This document shows positions 49,886 through 60,143 of a stretch of DNA of 64,000 bases, one piece after another. Under the pieces are notes generated by a model, which was not told the DNA's origin, made no database searches, and saw only the letters and a list, made by a program, of their open reading frames with translations. Numbering within the stretch: position 1 is the stretch's first letter; each line of letters begins with the position of its first letter. This DNA comes from a bacterium (lineage in GTDB: Bacteria > UBA8248): assembly GCA_965221165.1 (NCBI GenBank), contig CBDCRP010000002.1, forward strand, positions 1,056,001 to 1,120,000. The letters run 5' to 3'. A program made the translations under genes and the position numbers.

Positions 49886-50224
49886 ATGGAAATCAAGACT
49901 GAGCAGGAAAATGGAATCTTGGTTGTGCAGGTTGATGGCCGTATTGACGGCGCTACCGCCCCTGAATTCGAGGATACGATAAAGAACGTGATCACGGACG
50001 ATGAGCGCGCCGTGATCGTAAATTTCGAGGGCGTATCCTATATCAGCAGCGCCGGCCTACGCGCCGTCCTGCTGGTCGCCAAGCAGCTTAGTCAAAGCAA
50101 TACGAAGTTCGCGCTGTACTCGCTCGGGGATTTGACCCGCGAAGTTTTCGAGATATCCGGATTCGACCGCATCATCCAAATCCATGGCTCGAAGGACGAA
50201 GCGCTCACCGCGACAGGAAGCTGA
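49886..50224 (+). CDS. STAS anti-sigma factor antagonist (RsbV/SpoIIAA-like)
   Basis: GRID, YISSAGLR, VFEISGF; AGGAGG RBS. Confidence 0.92.
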   Translation: MEIKTEQENGILVVQVDGRIDGATAPEFEDTIKNVITDDERAVIVNFEGVSYISSAGLRAVLLVAKQLSQSNTKFALYSLGDLTREVFEISGFDRIIQIHGSKDEALTATGS

Positions 50225-50365
50225 CGACCTCAAAGCAGGAACCGGGAAACACTTCTCCCGACGTCTCGCTCGATAGATTGGCGCGTCGCGGCTTTCGCCG
50301 CGATGGCAATCCCTATCCTGATTCGGAATTTCCTCAAACCTTGCTGAACGGGAATTGGAAGGAGA

Positions 50366-52552
50366 TTACCGGGGCAACTCGATGATCATTTCCGTAAATT
50401 CATCGGGCTCGGTTTCGACTCGTATGTTTCCCCCGTGCTGACGAATGATGTCGCTGGAAAGTGAAAGGCCGAGGCCCGTGCCCCTGTCCGTCGGCTTGGT
50501 CGTGAAGAAGGGGTTGAATATCTTCTCGGCGACCTCGGGCGGCATTCCGCTTCCGTTGTCGCGAATGCGGATTTCGATGCGATCCGGCATGCACCGGGTA
50601 ACGAGGCGCAGGGTGGGATCGTAGCGCGGCGCATCTTCGCCGGCGGAAGCGGCGACCGTTTGTCGTTTCTGGTCGGTGGCGTAGCAGGCGTTGCTCACCA
50701 TGTTCAGGAAGACACGTCCCAAATCCTGGGAAACCGCTTCGTACTCCACCATATTCTCGTCAAAATCCTCCTCCAGCGTGAGGTTGAAATTCGGGTCGAC
50801 GGCACGGGCGCTGTGGTAGGCAAGCCGCGCGTGCTCGTTCAGCAGGTTGTTTATATTGGTCGGCTGGGCCTCGCCCGAGCCCCTGCCCATCTGGAGCATG
50901 CTCTGCACGATACTGTTCGCCCGCTCTCCATGTTCGCGGATGCGCTTGAGGTTGCCGGTGAGGTCTTCCCCGATTTCGTTGATGAGCTCGACCGGATCCT
51001 CCTCGCCCTGCTTTTTCTCCTCCTCCGCTTCCTGTCCATTTTTCTGCCCGTTACCGCCCGACGCCAATACTTTCTCCAACTCTTCGAGCAACTCTTCCAT
51101 CAGTTCTTCGGAAACTTCCGAGAAATTCTTGATGAAGTTCAACGGATTTCTGATCTCGTGGGCGACGCCCGCCGTCAGTTCGCCGAGCGCCGCCAGTTTT
51201 TCGCGCATGACGATCTGATCCTGCGCTTTCTCCAGATCGCCCAGCGCGCTTTCGAGCTCTTCGTTCTTGCCCTTGATCTCCTCGGCCAGCTTCTCCACCA
51301 GGTTCAGGCGCTGCACCTCCAAAGCGTGGCGGCGGAAGATTTCGAGCGCCGCTGCCATTTCCGCCACTTCGTCCTGCCCGCCGATATCGACTTTCTCCTC
51401 CAGGTCGCCGTCGGCCATGCGGCGCATGCGGTCCGAGAGCCGTCCGATCCGGCGCGACAGCACGCGGCCGATGAACAGCCAGCCGATCAGCACGGCGCCG
51501 ATAAAGCTGATGGCGCTCAGCGCGAGCAGGATGTTGCTGCCGGTGCTGACGGCCTGGGCGGAGTCCCGGGTGGCCTGCCGCGCGCTCTTGCGGGCCGTGC
51601 TCACCAGCGTTTCGGCGGCGGCCAGGATTTTCGCCTCCAAAGATTCGTGAAACGCGAGAAGCTCTCCCTGTTTCCTCTCGAGCGCCAGTTCACGCGCGCG
51701 CAGGTTGAAGCCCCCCTCCTCCCCGATGCTCAACTCGACCATCTGCTCGAAGAGCGGCTTGAGAGCGGCGCGCACCGGAACCTTTCCGAGCGCGTCCAGA
51801 CGCCGCCTGACGCCGCGCGCCGTGGCCTCGAACCGCTCGCTCAGCGGCTCGAGCAGGGCGGCGTCCGACACGCTGAAGGCGGTGGCGAGAAGCTGCGTGG
51901 CGATGGTGGCGTCCGACCTCAAACCGGCGATGTAGCGGTAGAGGTTGATTCCCTCTTCCGAGAAATGCCCGGCGCGGGGGACGGGCGCCTCCCCGATTTT
52001 GCTGTAGCCCGTCATCGCGTAGAACAACTGATCGTCAATGGCGGGAACCATGACGTTGTTCAGCTCCTTGCGCACCCATGTGAGTTGCAATTGCAGCGTA
52101 TCGCGCAGATCGGTGAGGTCGAAGCGCTGCAACACCAATTGTTTGATGGCTGCAAGGTTCTCGATCAGCACGTCGCCGAGCTTCTTGATGCGCAGGGAGA
52201 TTTCCTCGTTCCCTCCCTGGCGTATCAGCGCCGCCAGAGCGGTCTCGAACGCCTCCTGGTCCTTGGCGACCTCGGTGGCTATCTGGTCCAGATTGTCGGG
52301 ATTCACGATAGCGGCCAGGCGCGGCGCGGCGGCCACCAGGCCGCTGCTTTTCTGGGCGGTTTCGAAGGCGCTCGCCAGGAATGGAACGGTGCCCTCGTTC
52401 ACGCGGTTCTGCACCTGCGCCACGAAACCGAACGAGACCCATGCGACCACGCTCGCGATGACGGTGAGAGAAGCGGCGGTGCCGATGCTGAGGTAGAGTT
52501 GCGTCGATATCTTATAACGCTTGTCCAGGAGGTTTTTCAGCGCGCCTTTCAT
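50366..52552 (-). CDS. Membrane sensor histidine kinase with large helical (TorS-like) periplasmic domain and HAMP
   Basis: Two TMs, HAMP ([11 protein letters not shown]), [25 protein letters not shown]. Confidence 0.92.
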   Translation of the reverse strand: MKGALKNLLDKRYKISTQLYLSIGTAASLTVIASVVAWVSFGFVAQVQNRVNEGTVPFLASAFETAQKSSGLVAAAPRLAAIVNPDNLDQIATEVAKDQEAFETALAALIRQGGNEEISLRIKKLGDVLIENLAAIKQLVLQRFDLTDLRDTLQLQLTWVRKELNNVMVPAIDDQLFYAMTGYSKIGEAPVPRAGHFSEEGINLYRYIAGLRSDATIATQLLATAFSVSDAALLEPLSERFEATARGVRRRLDALGKVPVRAALKPLFEQMVELSIGEEGGFNLRARELALERKQGELLAFHESLEAKILAAAETLVSTARKSARQATRDSAQAVSTGSNILLALSAISFIGAVLIGWLFIGRVLSRRIGRLSDRMRRMADGDLEEKVDIGGQDEVAEMAAALEIFRRHALEVQRLNLVEKLAEEIKGKNEELESALGDLEKAQDQIVMREKLAALGELTAGVAHEIRNPLNFIKNFSEVSEELMEELLEELEKVLASGGNGQKNGQEAEEEKKQGEEDPVELINEIGEDLTGNLKRIREHGERANSIVQSMLQMGRGSGEAQPTNINNLLNEHARLAYHSARAVDPNFNLTLEEDFDENMVEYEAVSQDLGRVFLNMVSNACYATDQKRQTVAASAGEDAPRYDPTLRLVTRCMPDRIEIRIRDNGSGMPPEVAEKIFNPFFTTKPTDRGTGLGLSLSSDIIRQHGGNIRVETEPDEFTEMIIELPR

Positions 52553-53736
52553 CACTTTTCCGGCCGCCGGATATTTTTGGTCGGAATGTAGCGGCCGCCC
52601 TTTCCGATGACGGTGAGGAAAACGGCGTCCGAACCCTGGTTGTCGCCTTTGCCGTAGCGGAGCCTGAATCCGCCGAGGTCGATGTTGGCCGCGCGGCGCA
52701 GACCCTGGAGAAGACAGGCTCGGTCGGGCTTACGCCCGCACAGCTCGAGGGCGCGGATGGTCAGCCTGCCGGCCATGTAGCCCTCGAAGGAGACGAAGCT
52801 GGGAACCGCGCCGGGCTTGTGGGCTTCCAGATCCCGCCGGTAGTCCGACGCGATCTTGAGGTTCTCCGTCGTCGGGAACGGAACCACCTGGGTGACGTAT
52901 ATACCGATGCCGGCGGGACCGAGTTCATGCACGAGCGCATTGCTGCCCACGAAGGAGATCGTCACGAAAATCGGCTCGAAACCCGTATGGCGCGCCCAGG
53001 CGATGAAGGCGGCGACCGGCTTGTAGGCTCCCACGAGGACCACCGCTCCGGGGTTCGCGCGCCTGATGTCGAGCAGGGCCGTTTTTACAGCCGTCGTATT
53101 TCGTGTATAGACTCCGGTGACCGCCGGTTTGAGCTTGCGCCGCTCGAGGGCGCGGCGAACGCCCCGGTAGCCCGCCAAACCGAAAGAATCGTCCTGATAG
53201 AGCACGGCGATCTTCTTGATCCCTAAGTCCTTGATCAGCCGGTTCACCATCTCCTCGGTCTCCTGGAAGTAGGAGGCGCGCAGGTTGATCACGTTCTTCC
53301 ATTTGGGATCGCGCAGGAAGGCGGCACCGGTGAAGGGCGCGATATAAGGGACGTTCGCTTTTGCGGCGACCGGAGTGGCGGAACGCGAAGTGGGCGTGCC
53401 GACGGCCCCGATGAGCGCGAAGACCTTGCTCTGCTCTATCAATCGGCGGGTGTTCAGGATGGCGGCTTCGGGTTCATACGCATCGTCGAGGGAGGTGAGT
53501 TCGAGCCGGCGCCCGTGAACGCCGCCGCGCACGTTCGCCGCGCGAAAGGCGGCTTCGATGCCGAGGCGCATCTCCTCGCCCAGAGCCCTCGCGGGGCCGG
53601 TGAAGGCGGCGGACTGGCCGAAAAGAATCCGCTGGGGGGAAATCCCGGGCACGGCTGCCTGTGCTCCCACCGCCGAGCAGAGGAGCGCTCCGGCGAGGAG
53701 CGAAAACACCCGGCGGATTCGGAACCAGAGCCTCAT
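52552..53736 (-). CDS. Periplasmic binding protein type 1 (branched-chain amino acid SBP family)
   Basis: Signal peptide, GQSAAFTG, DDAYEP, VGTPT, RASY. Confidence 0.9.
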   Translation of the reverse strand: MRLWFRIRRVFSLLAGALLCSAVGAQAAVPGISPQRILFGQSAAFTGPARALGEEMRLGIEAAFRAANVRGGVHGRRLELTSLDDAYEPEAAILNTRRLIEQSKVFALIGAVGTPTSRSATPVAAKANVPYIAPFTGAAFLRDPKWKNVINLRASYFQETEEMVNRLIKDLGIKKIAVLYQDDSFGLAGYRGVRRALERRKLKPAVTGVYTRNTTAVKTALLDIRRANPGAVVLVGAYKPVAAFIAWARHTGFEPIFVTISFVGSNALVHELGPAGIGIYVTQVVPFPTTENLKIASDYRRDLEAHKPGAVPSFVSFEGYMAGRLTIRALELCGRKPDRACLLQGLRRAANIDLGGFRLRYGKGDNQGSDAVFLTVIGKGGRYIPTKNIRRPEK

Positions 53737-54152
53737 TCACTCCTCCGCTTGACAAGGATCATATGGTTCCTGTTCTCCTCCCGTCGATAGGACACCTCGT
53801 CCATCATCGTCCGCACCAGATGGATGCCGAGTCCGCCCACGGCGCGATCTTCGATGCCCGATTCGGTGTCCGGAACGGGTGCATCGGTCAGCGGGTCGAA
53901 CGGCTTGCCGTCGTCTATGATCTCGATGGTCACCGCCTCCGCGTCCGAGACGAGTTCGATTTCGATTTCACCTGCGCCGCCGCCGCTCCCGTGGTTCACG
54001 ACGTTGAGCACCAACTCTTCGAGCACGAGGTCGACCTGGAATTCGACGTCGGGCGGCCACTCCTGCTCCCGCCCGAATTCCCCGATAGCGGCCTGGACGC
54101 GCGGGAGGTCGTCGGCTTCAAACCCCATGCGCAAGGAGAGTTTCGCGCTCAT
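53733..54152 (-). CDS. Anti-sigma factor Ser kinase (RsbW/SpoIIAB-like)
   Basis: EELVLNVVNHG, DDGKPFDP, GGLGIHLV; ATGA overlap at 54149-54152. Confidence 0.9.
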   Translation of the reverse strand: MSAKLSLRMGFEADDLPRVQAAIGEFGREQEWPPDVEFQVDLVLEELVLNVVNHGSGGGAGEIEIELVSDAEAVTIEIIDDGKPFDPLTDAPVPDTESGIEDRAVGGLGIHLVRTMMDEVSYRREENRNHMILVKRRSE

Positions 54153-55360
54153 CCGCTCGCTCCGATTCGATAAAGCGTCAGGCAGGTGATGTCGTCGAAC
54201 TGGGGCGCTCTGCCCGCGAAATCCTTCACCGCCTGAAAGATCGCATCGTTGATCTCCTTCGCGTTCTTCGGCGGCGAATTCGTGCAAATCTCGCGCAGCC
54301 GTTCGAGTCCGAACTGCTCTTGCCGGTTGTTCTCCGCCTCCGTCACGCCGTCGGTGTAGAGGATGATCGCATCGCCGGGCGAGAGGGTCGTGGTGTATCT
54401 TTTGTACTCGAACTCGGGCGCCACCCCGAGGGCGACCCCCGGATCCTGGGTGAGCAGGCTCGAGGAGCCGTCGGCGTGGACGATGAGCGGAGGATTGTGC
54501 CCGCCGTTGGCGTAAACGAACTCCCCGGTCGCCGAGTCGAAAACCGCGAAAAAGACGGTGACGAACATCGCGGCGTCGTTGTTCTCCTGGAGCATGCGAT
54601 TGACCTCGCTCAGCACGTCGCCGGGCTGGAGCAGACGGTTGACCTCGCCGAGCACGTCGCCGGGATTGGCGCGGGCGACGGCGACGCTGTTGAGCAGCGT
54701 GCGGCTCGACATCATGAAAAGGGCGGCGGGCACGCCCTTGCCCGAGACGTCGGCGACCGTGATGCCGACGCGGCCTTCGGGCAAGTCTATCACGTCGAAG
54801 AAATCACCCCCCACGTCACGGGCCGGCTCCATGTTCGCAAACACCTCGAAATCGGGAGATTCGGGAAATTGGGTCGGCAGGATCGACTGCTGCATCTTGC
54901 TGGCCAGGGCGAGATCGCTTCTCAGCGCGACCAGCTTGTCGCGCGCCTCGAGGGCCTCGCGCAGCATGGCCAGGTGCTCCAGCGTCCGTTCTATGGTGAT
55001 CCGCAAATCCTCGAAGTCGATCGGCTTGGTGACGAAGTCGAAGGCGCCCCTGTTCATCGCCGTGCGGATGTTCTTCATGTCGCCATACGCCGAGACGACC
55101 ACGGAGCGGACGTTGGGGTCGACCGAGGGGATTTGCTTGAGCAGCGTGAGGCCGTCCATCTCCGGCATGTTGATGTCCGTGAGCACCATGTCGATCTGCT
55201 CGCCATCGTCATTGAGGCGCTCGAGCGCCTCGACCCCGTTGCGGGCGAAGACGAACGTATAACGGCCTCTCCGAATCTCGCGCCGCATGCGCTGCAGCAC
55301 GAGTTGCTCGAGGTCGGGCTCATCGTCGACCACGAGAATCTTGTGCGGTTCTTCCATCAT
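54149..55360 (-). CDS. REC + PP2C/SpoIIE phosphatase (RsbU/RsbP-like)
   Basis: REC DD/D/K; VGGDFFD, ADVSGKG, MFVT, YTDGVTE, DDIT. Confidence 0.93.
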   Translation of the reverse strand: MMEEPHKILVVDDEPDLEQLVLQRMRREIRRGRYTFVFARNGVEALERLNDDGEQIDMVLTDINMPEMDGLTLLKQIPSVDPNVRSVVVSAYGDMKNIRTAMNRGAFDFVTKPIDFEDLRITIERTLEHLAMLREALEARDKLVALRSDLALASKMQQSILPTQFPESPDFEVFANMEPARDVGGDFFDVIDLPEGRVGITVADVSGKGVPAALFMMSSRTLLNSVAVARANPGDVLGEVNRLLQPGDVLSEVNRMLQENNDAAMFVTVFFAVFDSATGEFVYANGGHNPPLIVHADGSSSLLTQDPGVALGVAPEFEYKRYTTTLSPGDAIILYTDGVTEAENNRQEQFGLERLREICTNSPPKNAKEINDAIFQAVKDFAGRAPQFDDITCLTLYRIGASG

Positions 55361-55797
55361 GGCCCCCCTTCCGCCAACATCTTGTCGCGCGCCTCGAAGG
55401 CCTCCCGCATCGACTTGAGATGCTCCAAAGACCTCTCGATGGTAAGCCGCAGGTCCTCGAAATCGATCGGCTTGTTGAGGAAATCGAATGCGCCCCTGTT
55501 CATCGCCGTGCGGATGTTCTTCATGTCCCCATAGGCAGAGACGATCACGCAGCGGAGCTTGGGGTCGAAAGCCGGGATTTGCTCGAGCAGCGTGAGGCCG
55601 TCCATCTCCGGCATGTTGATGTCCGTGATGACGATGTCGATTCCATCGTCCCCGTTCAAGCGCTCGAGCGCTTCGACCCCGTTGCGGGCGAAGACGAACG
55701 AATAGCGGCCGCTGCGAATCTCGCGCCGCATGCGCTGCTTCACGAGGTCTTCAAGGTCGGGTTCGTCGTCGACCACGAGTATCCTGTGCGAATCCAT
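55357..55797 (-). CDS. Stand-alone response regulator, close paralog of the adjacent phosphatase REC domain
   Basis: VVDDE, TDINMP, KP; shares SAYGDMKNIRTAMNRGAFDF with 54149..55360. Confidence 0.9.
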   Translation of the reverse strand: MDSHRILVVDDEPDLEDLVKQRMRREIRSGRYSFVFARNGVEALERLNGDDGIDIVITDINMPEMDGLTLLEQIPAFDPKLRCVIVSAYGDMKNIRTAMNRGAFDFLNKPIDFEDLRLTIERSLEHLKSMREAFEARDKMLAEGGP

Positions 55798-56181
55798 CGT
55801 CCCGGTCCCCCTATTGCCAGACTCCGCCCGACCAACGCTCAAGCATTTTCGAATTCCAGCTAAATGTATATAAGACTCACGCGGCGCGCAACTCATTTCG
55901 CAAGCCCGCCTCGTGATCCGGGCAAGGCGGCGCGGCGCCTCCTATCCCCTGAAACCCGGGCTTCACCGGCGCGCGCTCCCGGCTCGATACCGCCCCGCCG
56001 CCGGATTTTGCGCCTCTCGATTTTCCGCCCGGGAGCATCTCGACCTCCCGATCCCATGAGTCGATTCTGCGCCGAATGGGGTAAAACCTCGAAAATTTCA
56101 TCCGCCGCCCGGTTGTCCCCGCCCTTGCGTTTGCGTATTTTAGGGTGACGCCCGCCAGGGCGCCTACCCGCCAGGGTGGTC

Positions 56182-56808
56182 ATGCGCCGCCGATTGCCGA
56201 TTTCAAGAGGAAGACCCCCCTTGTCCCGCAAATCCAAAAGAAAAAACAAAGGCTCAGGCGCCGCAGGGCGCAACTCCTCGCGTCCGGCGAGAGCCGGAGG
56301 TTCCAAGAACAACGGCACGGCCTTGCTCGTCTGGGTGAGCGCCATCGTCGCGGTCGTCTTCGGCATCTATTACTTATCGGGCGCATCCGCGAACAAGGCG
56401 CGCGACGCGCCCTCCCTCGGCAACCGCCACATCCGCGTCGGGGCGAGCCACACCATCACCTACAACACGGACCCCCCCACTTCGGGGCCGCATTATCCGA
56501 CCATCGTCCGCTGGGGCGTGCACCAAAGACCCATCGACAAGGGCTTCCAGGTGCACAACCTGGAGGACGGCGGCGTGCTCGTGCAGTATAACTGCAGCGA
56601 TTGCCCCGAACTCGTGAAAAAACTAAAGTCCATCGTGCGCGGCTACCCCAAGTTCGTCATCCTCGCCCCCTACCCGGCCATGAAGCACAGGATCGCGCTC
56701 ACCGCATGGGGCAAGATCGACACGTTCGAGACGTTCGACGAAAAGCGCATCACGGGCTTCATCAAGGCCTTTCGCGGCATCGACCACCACCCGCGGGGGA
56801 GAAGATAG
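56182..56808 (+). CDS. DUF3105 domain membrane-anchored protein
   Basis: One TM, YNTDPPTSGPH, VHNLEDGGV.VQYNC, ALTAW. Confidence 0.85.
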   Translation: MRRRLPISRGRPPLSRKSKRKNKGSGAAGRNSSRPARAGGSKNNGTALLVWVSAIVAVVFGIYYLSGASANKARDAPSLGNRHIRVGASHTITYNTDPPTSGPHYPTIVRWGVHQRPIDKGFQVHNLEDGGVLVQYNCSDCPELVKKLKSIVRGYPKFVILAPYPAMKHRIALTAWGKIDTFETFDEKRITGFIKAFRGIDHHPRGRR

Positions 56809-56890
56809 GGTTTTCGGGGGAGCGGACGCCCTCCCCGCACAATATGCGCACAGATGCCGATGGACGGGTACGGTAAGGACTCCGCGCGTC

Positions 56891-58663
56891 TTAATTCCCG
56901 CCGCCGCTCGCCGCCGCCGGGGTTTCCACGCGGAGGGTCACGATATCCGTGTCATGGTATTGCTGGTGGCGAACCGAGGACGCGAGGTGGCGCAGAAGCC
57001 GGAGCGACACTTCCCGCTCGATGGGCGCGCCGACGGTATGCTCGCCGAGCAGAGCGATTCTGTCCTGGAGGTTCTCCTCGCCGCTTGCGGCGATGAACTC
57101 GATCACCGCCCCGCCGTCTTCCTTGTGCGCGACCAGGAGCAGGCGCCGCCGCTCGCGGCCCTCGCCTGCTTCATCCTGGCGGAGGAGCGTCAGCAGAGTC
57201 TCCTCGCCCGCGGCGTCGATGCGGTTCGCCATCGCCGCATCCCAGCCGCTCGCCGAGGCGAACGCGCCGAGAAACTCCCTGATCTTCGGCAGGGCCGAGA
57301 CGTCGAAGGCCACCTCGACCCGGCTGCGGCGGGGTTCGGTGAGTTCCACGAACAGGGTCATGAGAATGGCCACGAGGCCGCCGGCCGTCATCCCGTTGTT
57401 CAGAAGGCCGCCCGCGAACGTGGAGAAATACTCAGGAAATATCACGCCGTTTTGGAAGCCGACGCCGGCCCAGAACGCGACCCCCGCGACCAGGCCCTTG
57501 CGGTAGTCGATTCCGTCCTGAACGATCATCTTCATGCCGCTCACGAAGAGCATCGCCATCAAGACGGTGAGATAGGCCGCGGCGACCGGACCCGGTATCG
57601 CCAGCACCACGGTGATCGCCTTGGGAAGAAACGTCAGCGCGATGAACACCACGCCTGCGGCGATTCCCACGTTGCGGGCCGCGACCCCGGTGAGTTCGGT
57701 CACGGCTACGCTCGTCGAAGCGGCCGTGTTCGGCACCGTTCCCGCGAAGCCGCATAGCAGGTTGCCGATTCCGGTTGCGGCCACCGCGCCCTGCACCGCC
57801 CGGAAATCCACCGCCCGGGGCCGACGCCAGGATACGCGCTGAATGGCGACGGAATTGCTGAGCACCTGGATGGTGTCGATCAGGGTCACGAACACGAACC
57901 CGGGAAGCAGCGTCCAGAAAACCGGCCCGAAGCTAAGGTCCAGGCCCGGCCATTCGCCTTCGGGAAGACCGATCCACAAAGCCCCCGCGACGCGGCCCGT
58001 GTCGTAGAGACCGAAAAAACCGGCGACGAGCGAGCCTGCGACCACGCCGACCACGGGCGCCCACAGGCGAAGCGCGCCCGTCGCCTTGAGCGCGATTCCG
58101 ACGATGACGGCCATGGTCGCCAAGGCGCTCAGCGGCGCGGCGAGCGCAGGAGCGCCCTTCGGCGCGTCTTTCAGCATGTCGAAGACGATGGGCATCACCG
58201 TCACCGCTATCAGCATGACTACGGTTCCCGTGACGGTCGGCGTCAGTACCCGTCTGAACAGCGAGAGCCGCGCCGAAAGCGCGAACCGGAAGAGCGATGA
58301 GATGAGAACCAGGGTGGCGAGCATCGCCGGGCCGCCCTCGGTGAGCGCCGTGATGCAGACCGCGATGAAGGCCGGGGAAGAGCCCATGAGGAGCACGTAG
58401 CCCGCGCCGATCCGGCCGACCCGGACCGCCTGTAACACCGTGGTCACGCCGCTGATCGCGACCGCGGCGAACACGGCCCACGACAGGTAGGCTTCGGTTC
58501 CGCCGCCGGCCCGGACCACGGTCGTTGGGATAAATATCGAGAAGGCTATAATCACAACAACGAGCTGTAAGCCGAGCCCGAAGGCGAGCGCGGGAGGGGG
58601 CTTTTCGTCGGCCTCGTAGCGAACGTCCGTATTCGCGGGCTGGTCGGGATTTCGGGTGCTCAT
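56891..58663 (-). CDS. NCS2 (xanthine/uracil) permease fused to a C-terminal degenerate RsbW-like domain
   Basis: TP.VTG.V, ELTGVAAR and IPGPV permease motifs; last ~140 aa align with the neighbouring RsbW; AGGAAGG before ATG 58663. Confidence 0.85.
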   Translation of the reverse strand: MSTRNPDQPANTDVRYEADEKPPPALAFGLGLQLVVVIIAFSIFIPTTVVRAGGGTEAYLSWAVFAAVAISGVTTVLQAVRVGRIGAGYVLLMGSSPAFIAVCITALTEGGPAMLATLVLISSLFRFALSARLSLFRRVLTPTVTGTVVMLIAVTVMPIVFDMLKDAPKGAPALAAPLSALATMAVIVGIALKATGALRLWAPVVGVVAGSLVAGFFGLYDTGRVAGALWIGLPEGEWPGLDLSFGPVFWTLLPGFVFVTLIDTIQVLSNSVAIQRVSWRRPRAVDFRAVQGAVAATGIGNLLCGFAGTVPNTAASTSVAVTELTGVAARNVGIAAGVVFIALTFLPKAITVVLAIPGPVAAAYLTVLMAMLFVSGMKMIVQDGIDYRKGLVAGVAFWAGVGFQNGVIFPEYFSTFAGGLLNNGMTAGGLVAILMTLFVELTEPRRSRVEVAFDVSALPKIREFLGAFASASGWDAAMANRIDAAGEETLLTLLRQDEAGEGRERRRLLLVAHKEDGGAVIEFIAASGEENLQDRIALLGEHTVGAPIEREVSLRLLRHLASSVRHQQYHDTDIVTLRVETPAAASGGGN

Positions 58664-58812
58664 GTCGTATCCTTCCTGGCCGGGAAGCGGGTCTTCGAGA
58701 GAGCGGAAACAAGTATTCCATGCCGCACAGGGACGGAGTTTCTCACAACCCCTGCGGCCTCTCAAGAAAGAGAGGGGGATTGGCGGGGGGCTTGATAAGG
58801 CAATCCTGAATA

Positions 58813-59184
58813 GTGTATAAAAAGCGAAAATCAACATACTCAAGCCTAGCGTGGTGGAATCAACCGACAAGGACACCTTGCTGGGGATTCATTCAAGATC
58901 ACGTGAAAGATGGGGGGACGGTGTACATGGATGAGCATCCTTCTTGCCAAGGCATTCAGGGATTCGGCCATGAATCCGTGAAACACAGCGTTGGTGAGTA
59001 AATGAAGGATCAAGCTCATATGAACGACGCATACTACAGTAAGGGCATAAAACATTTTTGGGGAAATGTGGTAGAATTTGTTGGATTCCACAATCCCCGC
59101 CCGTTGGACACTCAAAATCTAATGCGTCAGATTGCGAATGACCTATCCGGTCAAAGGCTACGCTACAAGGATTTGGTGGCGTAG
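58813..59184 (+). pseudogene. IS1595 (ISXO2-like) transposase remnant
   Basis: TVYMDE, HESVKHSVGE*, AHMN, FW, RLRYKDLVA; internal stop at 58999 and apparent deletions. Confidence 0.8.
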
Positions 59185-60143
59185 TGCGAGAACAAATGGC
59201 TCTAGACATCCATTTGCCGGAAGAATCCTCGCTGACCGGAAAGAAAGCTACTTTCCTTGAATTGTTACGTAGTTCAGGCAAGATGAAGTACCGTCGCTAC
59301 CTTGCATCGCCCTTGCGCTATGCAGGGGGGAAGAGTCTGGCCGTCGGCATGGTTGTTGAGCTTTTACCGGACGATATTGACCATATCGTATCGCCGTTTA
59401 TGGGTGGTGGCTCTATTGAAATTGCCTGCGCCAATGAACTTGGTCTCAATGTCGTGGCCTACGATATCTTCGATATACTTTGTACATATTGGCAAGTTCA
59501 AATATCGGTGCCGGATGAATTGGCGAATCGAATGCGAGCATTTACCCCGAACCGCAAAACCTTTGCCACTGTAAAGCGACGCTTGGAGCAACATTGGAAG
59601 GCTGGAAAATCTTTAGATGCTTACGATCTGGCCGCACACTATTATTTCAACTCAAACACATCATACGGGCCGCACTTTCTAGGCTGGCCATCGGACATTT
59701 ACCTCAACAAAACCCGCTACGAAAAGATGGTAGAGAAATCAGCAGCGTTTCGTGCGCCAACATTGATGGTTGAATGTGGTTCGTTCGAGGAAACTATTCC
59801 ACGGCATACTAAGGATTTCCTTTATTGCGACCCTCCCTATTATCTCGAAGAAGGAAAAACTTTTGTTGGCATGTATCCGCACCGAAATTTCCCGATCCAC
59901 CACAATGGGTTTCGTCATGACATATTGCGTGATCTCCTCTTGAAACATAAAGGCGGATTTATTCTTTCCTACAATAATTGCGAGACTATTCGAGACTGGT
60001 ATTCCGACTGCGAGATGATTGAACCTGAATGGCAGTATACCTTCGGGCAAGGTGATACACGAATCGGAAAGAATCGACTCGAATTAAATGGTGGTTCGTA
60101 TATTAAAAAGTCACACGAACTTCTAATCTGGCGGCATTCATGA
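59184..60143 (+). CDS. N6-adenine DNA methyltransferase (Dam/D12 class)
   Basis: SPLRYAGGKS, SPFMGGGS, DPPY, ILSYN. Confidence 0.92.
   Translation: MREQMALDIHLPEESSLTGKKATFLELLRSSGKMKYRRYLASPLRYAGGKSLAVGMVVELLPDDIDHIVSPFMGGGSIEIACANELGLNVVAYDIFDILCTYWQVQISVPDELANRMRAFTPNRKTFATVKRRLEQHWKAGKSLDAYDLAAHYYFNSNTSYGPHFLGWPSDIYLNKTRYEKMVEKSAAFRAPTLMVECGSFEETIPRHTKDFLYCDPPYYLEEGKTFVGMYPHRNFPIHHNGFRHDILRDLLLKHKGGFILSYNNCETIRDWYSDCEMIEPEWQYTFGQGDTRIGKNRLELNGGSYIKKSHELLIWRHS

Noticed and set aside
58664-58812. Purine riboswitch upstream of the NCS2 permease, or left IS1595 repeat
   Set aside because: No purine-riboswitch core and no match to the right-end sequence were found by eye
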